A stretch of DNA of 22,494 nt from Polyangiaceae bacterium (GTDB lineage: Bacteria > Myxococcota_A > Polyangia > Polyangiales > Polyangiaceae). The notes beneath the pieces were generated by a model that did no database searches, was not told where the DNA came from, and saw only the letters and a program-made list of their open reading frames with translations. The stretch is taken from the NCBI GenBank assembly GCA_044222475.1, contig JBGANF010000129.1, positions 1-22,494 of the forward strand, read 5' to 3'. The position numbers and the translations under genes are program-made. Shown here one piece after another: positions 9,576 through 15,785 of the stretch (position 1 is its first letter; the number at the start of each line of letters is the position of its first letter).

Positions 9576-9951
9576 GCGTCTCCTCCACGGTGCCGTTCGG
9601 CAGCGCGCAGCGCATCGTGATCGTCGTCCCCGGAGCGCCGAACGTGGCGCACGCGTCGAGCGCGAAACCCCGGTACGACGCGCGATCGTCGTAGACCGTG
9701 CCGAACTCGATCGGCGGGCTGCGGTCGTTCATTTCGGCGACCGTCTCGCCTTCGACGTGGAGCGGCGGATCCCACCGAACGACGCAGCGCTCGACCGACG
9801 TCGAGAACATGTCCCACGAGTAGGCGACCCGAGTCGGCGCCGTGCGGAGAGGTCGGTAGCCGCTGCGCACCTGGTCGACCTGAGCCCACACCTGCGGCAC
9901 GACGAGCCCGCCGAGGAGGACGATCACGTAGACGAGGCGCGCGCGCTTCAC
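9559..9951 (-). CDS. Small (130 aa) membrane-anchored protein resembling the YSWDM-containing segment of vitamin K-dependent carboxylases; likely partner of the HTTM protein
   Basis: GTG start overlaps the RES-gene stop (GTGA, 9948-9951). One N-terminal hydrophobic helix, YSWDMF at 9805-9822, four Cys. The 3' end overlaps the HTTM gene start by 17 nt. Confidence 0.7.
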   Translation of the reverse strand: MKRARLVYVIVLLGGLVVPQVWAQVDQVRSGYRPLRTAPTRVAYSWDMFSTSVERCVVRWDPPLHVEGETVAEMNDRSPPIEFGTVYDDRASYRGFALDACATFGAPGTTITMRCALPNGTVEETRESCP

Positions 9952-10721
9952 GACGGCGTCGGGAGCTTTCCGTCGACCTCGAAGTCGGCTCGCGGAAAGG
10001 TGAGCCGCTTCGGCACGCGGTGGGCCAGGCTCTTCTGCACGAGCTCGACCTTGTCGTGATCCACCGTGCAGGTCCACGCCTCGTACTGCTTCGGCGTCTT
10101 GCGCGCGAACGCCGGGCCGTAGAGACCGACGTTCGTGCCCTTCTTCTTCGCCCGCGCCGAGCGGAAGAGGAACAGATCGATCCCGGCGGCGCGCATCTCG
10201 CGCCCGAGCGCGTGGCACGCCGCGTACGTCGTCTTCGACGCGAGACGCGCCTCGTGAGCGGCGAACGGGGGCCGGGTGAGATCGAGCGACCGCTTCGCGC
10301 GGATCTGCGCGACGAACGCGGTGAGCTCCACCGTGACCGGAGCGAGGTCGGCGCTCGAGCCTTCGAGGAACAGGAGACGGTAGTACGCGACCTCGGCGAA
10401 GCAGGTCGCCTGCTCTTTCGCGCCGTACCAGATGCCGCGCTCGGTGACCGTGCCGAAGCGCGAGCCCCACCGAAGCGGCGGATGGCGGAACGACGTGAAG
10501 AGGAGGTAGTGGAGCCCGCGGAACTCGGGCCCGGCCGGAACGGGCGGCTTCACTTTGTCGATCAGCTCTTCGAGCAGGCGCTGCTCTTCGTCCGAGTCGA
10601 CCAGCTTGCGCGTCGCGACGACGTGCTGCGACTCGACGACGCGATGCGCGGCGAGCTCGAGCGCGCGGGGGCGGACGCGCAGAGGCGCCCCGAGCGACGC
10701 GAAGACGACCTCGTCGCTCAA
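9948..10721 (-). CDS. RES-domain toxin (NAD+ phosphorylase / ADP-ribosyltransferase-fold family)
   Basis: HRVVESQH (R), LLFTSFRHPPLRWGSRF, GIWYGA...CFAEVAYYR (E), FRSAR...GTNVGLY (S). Proposed TTG start overlaps the antitoxin stop (TTGA, 10718-10721). Confidence 0.92.
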   Translation of the reverse strand: MSDEVVFASLGAPLRVRPRALELAAHRVVESQHVVATRKLVDSDEEQRLLEELIDKVKPPVPAGPEFRGLHYLLFTSFRHPPLRWGSRFGTVTERGIWYGAKEQATCFAEVAYYRLLFLEGSSADLAPVTVELTAFVAQIRAKRSLDLTRPPFAAHEARLASKTTYAACHALGREMRAAGIDLFLFRSARAKKKGTNVGLYGPAFARKTPKQYEAWTCTVDHDKVELVQKSLAHRVPKRLTFPRADFEVDGKLPTPS

Positions 10722-11125
10722 AGCTGGCCTCGCATCCCATCGAGGTACATCGCGACCATCACGAGCCCCTCGGCGGTTTGAATCCGCTCCTTCGGTACGC
10801 CGCCGATGTGCGCGTTCGGCGCCGCGAACCAGGCGCGGACCTTCTGCGCATCGCCCCCGAGCAGCGCGTCGAGGCTGCGGAAGACCCGCAGTACGAGCAG
10901 CGCGAGCTCGCCTTCTTTGCGGTCCACGGCGACGTACGACGGCTGGAGCGCGCGCTCGCGACGGCGGGCGGGCGCCGCGGCGATCCGCGACATCGTCGCC
11001 TCGCTCACGCCCACCGCGCGGGCGAGCTCTTTCTGGGAGAGGCCGAGCACGTCCGCCGCGCGAAGGAGGGCCTTGGTGACGACGGCGTTCTCGGCCGGGG
11101 AAGGGTCGCGTTCGGGGTGGGCCAT
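10718..11125 (-). CDS. Xre/MbcA/ParS-family antitoxin (HTH plus C-terminal toxin-binding domain)
   Basis: LGLSQKELARAVGVSEATMSR HTH; ELALLVLRVFRSLDALLGG...RAWFAAPN...GVPKERI...GLVMVAMYLD C-terminal domain; directly upstream of the RES gene. Confidence 0.92.
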   Translation of the reverse strand: MAHPERDPSPAENAVVTKALLRAADVLGLSQKELARAVGVSEATMSRIAAAPARRRERALQPSYVAVDRKEGELALLVLRVFRSLDALLGGDAQKVRAWFAAPNAHIGGVPKERIQTAEGLVMVAMYLDGMRGQL

Positions 11126-11137
11126 GGCTCTGTCTTT

Positions 11138-11174
11138 CACATGCAATTGTATACATCAATAATTGCATGTGCAA
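11138..11174 (-). promoter_or_regulatory. Sigma-70-type promoter of the TA operon overlapped by an 11-bp inverted-repeat operator
   Basis: Minus strand TTGCAC (11174-11169), 17 nt, TACAAT (11151-11146). Perfect IR CACATGCAATT (11138-11148), 12 nt, AATTGCATGTG (11161-11171). Conspicuously AT-rich patch. Confidence 0.8.
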
Positions 11175-11216
11175 GTCGCTCCGAAATGCCGCCAAAACCC
11201 GGTACCCTGGAGCCCG

Positions 11217-12662
11217 ATGGGACTCCCCTCGCGCCTGAGCGACTACGAGATCTGGGGCCGGCTCGGCGAAGGAGGCATGAGCGAGGTCTGGCTGGGCCGG
11301 CACATGACCCTCGGGTTGCCGGTGGTCCTCAAGACCATCAAGAGCAAGATGCTCGAGAAGGGTTGGGTCGGCGGCGACCGGGTCATCGACGAGGCGCGGC
11401 TCATGGCGCGCATCACGAACCCGCGCGTCGTGCGCGCGCTCGACGCCGGCGAGCACGACGGAACACCCTACCTCGTGCAGGAGTACGTCGACGGGGTCGA
11501 CCTCGCCGAGCTCGATCGTCGCCGGCGCGCGGCGCTCGGAGTCGGACTACCGCTGTGGTTCGTCTGCCACGTGATGCGCCAGGCGTCGATCGCGCTGCAC
11601 GCGGCGCATCAAGCCGGTGTCGTCCACCGGGACATGAAACCGTCGAATCTGTTCGGCGCACCGGAGACCGGGGTGCGCCTCGGCGACTTCGGGATCGCGA
11701 GCGTCGTCGGCCGCGGCGAGATGAGCGGCACGCTCCGCTTCATGGCGCCGGAGCAGCTCATGGACGGAGCGGCGACGCGCCAGACCGACGTCTGGGGCGC
11801 GGCGGCGACGGCCTGCGACCTGCGGTACGGAAGCCCGCCGTTCCCGGATCACGAAGCGATCCTGACCCCGGGCTCGATGCCGATGATGCCGCCTCCGAGC
11901 ACGCCTGACGAAGCCTACTTCCAGCACCTTCTCCACTGGATGCTGGAGAAGGATCCGGGCAAAAGGCCGCAGACCATGCTCGAGCCGGCGCGACGGTTCG
12001 GCGATCTCGCGCGCTCGCTCCAGGTCGGTAGTCGGTTCCGGCGCATCGACAAGAACACGTTCCGCGTCTCTGGCTGCGAGGTCTACCTCAAAGCCGGTGA
12101 CATCGCGCAAGCCAAGGCCGACGCAATCGTCAATTCGGCGAACTACCGGATGCAGATGCGCTCGGGCGTCGGCGACGCGCTGAGGCGCGCCGGCGGCGAC
12201 TCGATCGAGGAGGAGGCGATGCGGGAGGGGGAACGAGCCCTCGGCACCTGCATCGCGACCGGGGCGGGATCGCTCGGGGCGCGTTGGGTGCTCCACGCGG
12301 TCAGCGCGTGGAACGAAGCGTCGTGTGTAGGACGAACGACCCAGCGCGCGCTCATGCTCGTCGACGAGCTCGGACTGCGCACGGTGGCGATGCCAGCGCT
12401 CGGCACCGGAGTCGCGCGCGTCACGCTCGAGATCTGCGCCAACGCGATGATGACCGCGCTGCGCTGGCAGATGATGCTCGGCGGGAGCCGGCTCCAGCGC
12501 GTCGAGATCGTGCTCGAGAACGAGCAGAAGCTGGCGGTGTATCGCGACGTCGCCGAAGACTCGCTGGGGGGCGAGCATCGGCGCGGGCCGTTGGACCTCG
12601 GGCTCCCGGTCGAAGGCGACTTCGCGACGGGCGAGTCCCCGACGCGAGTGGCGACCCGGTGA
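11217..12662 (+). CDS. Cytoplasmic Ser/Thr protein kinase fused to a C-terminal macrodomain (ADP-ribose binding / Appr-1''-p processing family)
   Basis: Kinase motifs LGEGGMSEVW, VVLK, HRDMKPSN, DFGIA, MAPEQ, DVWG. Macro motifs GDIA...ADAIVNSAN...MRSGVGDAL..AGG, TGAGSL.ARWVLHAV, TVAMPALGTGV. No TM segment seen. Confidence 0.92.
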   Translation: MGLPSRLSDYEIWGRLGEGGMSEVWLGRHMTLGLPVVLKTIKSKMLEKGWVGGDRVIDEARLMARITNPRVVRALDAGEHDGTPYLVQEYVDGVDLAELDRRRRAALGVGLPLWFVCHVMRQASIALHAAHQAGVVHRDMKPSNLFGAPETGVRLGDFGIASVVGRGEMSGTLRFMAPEQLMDGAATRQTDVWGAAATACDLRYGSPPFPDHEAILTPGSMPMMPPPSTPDEAYFQHLLHWMLEKDPGKRPQTMLEPARRFGDLARSLQVGSRFRRIDKNTFRVSGCEVYLKAGDIAQAKADAIVNSANYRMQMRSGVGDALRRAGGDSIEEEAMREGERALGTCIATGAGSLGARWVLHAVSAWNEASCVGRTTQRALMLVDELGLRTVAMPALGTGVARVTLEICANAMMTALRWQMMLGGSRLQRVEIVLENEQKLAVYRDVAEDSLGGEHRRGPLDLGLPVEGDFATGESPTRVATR

Positions 12663-14128
12663 ATCCGCTCGAACCCGAGAAAGACCACGACCCGCGGATC
12701 CCTGTCGTCGGCACCGTGACGGCCGCGGAGCGCATGTTCCGCATGAACTGGGTTGCGGCCGAGCTGCGCTCGCCGAGCGGCGTCCCGCTCCACCCGCCCG
12801 ACTACGTCGCGCGACTCGGGCACGCGGCCCGCGTCATCGACGTTCGACGGGCCGAGGAGCTGACCGGACCGCTGGGTTACGTGCCAGGTTCGGACTGGAT
12901 CCCCGAAGAAGAGGCGTTCTCGACCCTGTCCCAACTTGGGAAGGACGAGCCCATCATGCTCGTGTCCCGCGGCGGCGAGCGCGCAGGTGCACTCGCCAAG
13001 CGCCTCGAAGGCGCTGGGTTTCCGTTCGCGTCATCGATGATGGGCGGCATCATCGCGTGGCGTCAGGTCGGGCTCTCGACGATCCGTGACGAGTCGATCA
13101 CGACCCGCCGCGGCGTGCTGCGAGCCGTCGGCGCGCGCTGGGACGCCGCGCGACGTCCGCTGAGCGCAGACGACATCGTGCGCCACGTCGGAGATCCGCG
13201 GACGGTTCATCGGATGAAGCTCGCCGCGCTTCTGGTGAGCGGCCGCGTCTCGTGCGTTGACGGCCGAGACGACAGCGCCGTGATCGGCACGCCGGGCGGC
13301 GACGCGGGGGAGTTCCTGCTCGCGCTCGCCGCGCTCGAGCAGACGACGGGAGCTCGCCTCGATGGGCCGACGCTGCGCGCGCTGCTGCTCCGTCGCCTGG
13401 ACGCGTTCGGACACTTCTACCTCCACTCCGATGGGCACGCGTCGACGGCGCTCATCGGCGTGCTCCGGGACGATCCTCGCTTCGCGTCCGTCGTGAGCCG
13501 CTTCGACGCGCCGCTCCAGTGGCGTCGATTCTTCTCGGCCCCGCCGAGCGATCTCCGCGCTCCCCTGCTCGAGCTCATGACGCTCCCGGCTCACATCGGG
13601 TGCGGTCATCTTCGCTTGGCGGTCGTGCAGGCCGCGCAGTACGGCGTGCGCGCGGAGCTCGTCACCGGCTTCCTGCGCAGGTTCTACGAGCTTCGCTGGG
13701 AGGGCGTCGACGAGAACGAGGTCGCCGTCCTCCCCGGTGGCCACGCCGAAGGTGCGGTCGTCAACGTGCTCCTCGATCACGAGCCGGATCCGTTCTCGCG
13801 GATCCCGCTCGTGTCCCCGATGGCCGAGGGGTCGCAGATGTTCCTCCAGCACCCGCAGGTGAGCCGCTTCCTCCGCGCCCAGCTCGTCCGGTTCATGGGC
13901 CGTCAGAGGGACATCGTGCGCCTCGCGGACGGTGGCGAGCCCGAGCTCGAGCGAGCGATCGCGCAGATCGCGACGTCACAGCTCGACGCCACGCTGACGG
14001 CGCTCGCGCCGGGGCTCCCGGTCTACGATCTCGTCTTCGCGGGAGACGCAGTCCGCGTCGAGGCGCGCGGCACGGTGCCCGTCAACGACCAGGAACGTCG
14101 AACGTCCCCAGCGCCGACTCGGGGATGA
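12659..14128 (+). CDS. Rhodanese-like domain fused to a Cys/His/Cys metal-binding, carbonic-anhydrase-like domain
   Basis: GTG overlaps the kinase stop (GTGA). Rhodanese motifs VIDVRRAEELTGPLGYVPGS, LVSRGGERA, MMGGIIAW. Second domain CVDGR (13253), PGGDAGEF, HSD (13424), GCGH (Cys at 13601), LPGGHAE. Confidence 0.8.
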   Translation: MNPLEPEKDHDPRIPVVGTVTAAERMFRMNWVAAELRSPSGVPLHPPDYVARLGHAARVIDVRRAEELTGPLGYVPGSDWIPEEEAFSTLSQLGKDEPIMLVSRGGERAGALAKRLEGAGFPFASSMMGGIIAWRQVGLSTIRDESITTRRGVLRAVGARWDAARRPLSADDIVRHVGDPRTVHRMKLAALLVSGRVSCVDGRDDSAVIGTPGGDAGEFLLALAALEQTTGARLDGPTLRALLLRRLDAFGHFYLHSDGHASTALIGVLRDDPRFASVVSRFDAPLQWRRFFSAPPSDLRAPLLELMTLPAHIGCGHLRLAVVQAAQYGVRAELVTGFLRRFYELRWEGVDENEVAVLPGGHAEGAVVNVLLDHEPDPFSRIPLVSPMAEGSQMFLQHPQVSRFLRAQLVRFMGRQRDIVRLADGGEPELERAIAQIATSQLDATLTALAPGLPVYDLVFAGDAVRVEARGTVPVNDQERRTSPAPTRG

Positions 14129-14960
14129 CGCATCGGTAGGCGGCCGTGTCCTTGTCTTCCGTCTTGGGGTGGACGCGCGGGTGCGGGCCGCTGCACGCAA
14201 GGAGAAACGCCGCCGGTGAGCCGTCCGATGGGCTCGCGAGGGCGCAGGGGAGCGCGGCGCGATCGCCACCGTCGAACGCGAGCGGCGACGACGGACACGC
14301 CTCGCCGATGCGCGAGCGCGCGACCCCGCCGGGCTGCTGAGCGACGAAGCGCGCGTCGCACTCGCGGACGGCGTCCCAAGGGATCGCTGGGCTGCGCGCC
14401 GAAGTCGGATACCAGCCGAAGTGACACGTCTCCGCGGGGAGCCCGTTCTCGCACGCGTCGCCGCTCTCTTCGAAGACCCACTCGGGTACTTCATCGAAGC
14501 GGAAACGACCCGTCTCGGACTCGGACTCGGTGACGAGCACGGTCGCGAGCCCCATCACCGCGCGCGCGGCGGTGCGTTCGTCGCGTGACGCAAGGTGGCC
14601 ACCCATGCGGAAGTAGCAGAGGCGGGAGGCCGACTCCTTGTCGACGACGGCGGCCATCGCCGAGCGAAGAGGTGCGGGGTTGGCGCCGATCGGGTGAGCG
14701 ACGGCGGTGACCCACGGGCAGTGGATGGTATCGTGCTCGCCGGCGGAGCAACCCATGGGGGCGGCGTTGATCCAGAAGCCGGCTCGACCGGGCGGGCAAA
14801 TGCGGACGAACGGGAACCCGAGCTTCTCGGCGGTGCGCGGCGTGCAACTCGGCGCGTTTGCCGTCGCGCTGGGCGCGCCGGACTCGATGGCGAGAGGGGT
14901 CGACTTGTCGCGACACGAGAGCAGGGCGAGCGCGGCGAGCGCGAGTCGCGCGGTTTTCAC
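14082..14960 (-). CDS. Cys-rich lipoprotein with a probable degenerate FGE-sulfatase (SUMF1-like) domain
   Basis: GTG overlaps the upstream stop. Lipobox LALLSC. FWINAAP, VDKESASRLC...GGHLASRDERTAA, DEVPEWV and AYRCV echo the FGE-family F.ID..EV, A..YC...G.RLPTE.EW..A, GNV.EW and GFRC motifs in the correct order. Confidence 0.62.
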   Translation of the reverse strand: MKTARLALAALALLSCRDKSTPLAIESGAPSATANAPSCTPRTAEKLGFPFVRICPPGRAGFWINAAPMGCSAGEHDTIHCPWVTAVAHPIGANPAPLRSAMAAVVDKESASRLCYFRMGGHLASRDERTAARAVMGLATVLVTESESETGRFRFDEVPEWVFEESGDACENGLPAETCHFGWYPTSARSPAIPWDAVRECDARFVAQQPGGVARSRIGEACPSSPLAFDGGDRAALPCALASPSDGSPAAFLLACSGPHPRVHPKTEDKDTAAYRCVIPESALGTFDVPGR

Positions 14961-15607
14961 GCAGAAGCGCCCGCCTCGGCACGCCGGCGACCGACGACGA
15001 GATGGACCACGAGGACGGAAAGGATGCCGAGAACGAATGTCCCAAGAAGGTACGCGCCGAGCTGTGGGCTGCCGTGCGAGGTGATTTCGCCGACGGTGGT
15101 CGACCCGATGAGGGGCGGATGGAACGGTTGGACCTTGACCGGGGCGTCGGGGTCGAGCTCGGTGCCGTAGCGCTGGACGTCCAAGACGAACCGAACGATG
15201 ACGAAGCCGAAGGCGTAGAAGGTGGTGACGACGACGTCGACGAGGGAGCGGACTTCGCCGATGGCGGCGCAGCGCAGCGCCAGAATCCCGACGAGCCCGA
15301 TGGCGAAGGGGAGCCAGTCGAGGTCGCCGATGTCGTGGCGGTCGATGATGCGCATGCCGATGTAGTGATTGAGGATGTTGATGTCGCGGAGGTCGGCGCC
15401 GCCGTGGCCGCTCTGGATGGTGTGGGCGTAGACGTCGAGGGTGAGGCCCGCCGGATACTGCGGACTTTCGAGCTCGATGCGCCACAGCGGGAAGAAGAAC
15501 GAGAGCCCGAGTGGAAGGGCGAGCGCAGCCAGCACGAAGCGCGCGCGGAAGAACAGCGGCTTCGCGAGGAACGCGTAGAACTTGGAGAGCTCGCGGTCCC
15601 TGCCCAC
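14957..15607 (-). CDS. NosB-like membrane protein (family found next to clade II nosZ)
   Basis: PLWRIELESPQYPAGL, INILNHYIGM and YGTELDPDAPVKVQPFHPPLIG with four hydrophobic segments match the recalled NosB signature PLW.I.L.APQYPEGL...IN.LNHYIGM...YGH.LDP.A...PP..G. Confidence 0.75.
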   Translation of the reverse strand: MGRDRELSKFYAFLAKPLFFRARFVLAALALPLGLSFFFPLWRIELESPQYPAGLTLDVYAHTIQSGHGGADLRDINILNHYIGMRIIDRHDIGDLDWLPFAIGLVGILALRCAAIGEVRSLVDVVVTTFYAFGFVIVRFVLDVQRYGTELDPDAPVKVQPFHPPLIGSTTVGEITSHGSPQLGAYLLGTFVLGILSVLVVHLVVGRRRAEAGASA

Positions 15608-15654
15608 CCCCGCAAGGTAGGACCCCTACCTCACCGGTCGATGACGGATGTCAT
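15608..15654 (-). promoter_or_regulatory. Putative promoter of the NosB-like gene with a Crp/Fnr-like palindrome
   Basis: TACCTT (15619-15614) is 6 nt before GTG 15607. ATGAC-GGAT-GTCAT (15641-15654) is centred about 40.5 nt upstream of the start. A second IR, AGGTAGG-ACC-CCTACCT (15615-15631), overlaps the -10. Confidence 0.4.
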
Positions 15655-15785
15655 GTCACTTCGTGCTGTGCACGCGGAGCCGAGCTCCGCAAGGACGGCG
15701 CGGAGCGAATTCTGTGAACAGCGAAGGGGCGAGCCTTTCACGCCAATGACAGCGACGAACGAAGTGGGGGCATCGCCTCAGCGGG

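Noticed and set aside
10722..11456. Apparent N-terminal extension of the RES ORF to 502 aa
   Set aside because: It overlaps the antitoxin in another frame and crosses the promoter; a TTG start coupled to the antitoxin stop gives a normal-sized toxin.
5313..14128. A CO2-channelling cluster (GcvP releases CO2, CA-like domain, carboxylase-like pair)
   Set aside because: The genes lie in three different transcription units and two of the activities are unproven; nothing in the sequence supports more than coincidence.
8781..14128. Genomic island or mobile element carrying the TA module
   Set aside because: No integrase, transposase, att-like direct repeats or visible compositional shift apart from the short AT-rich promoter.
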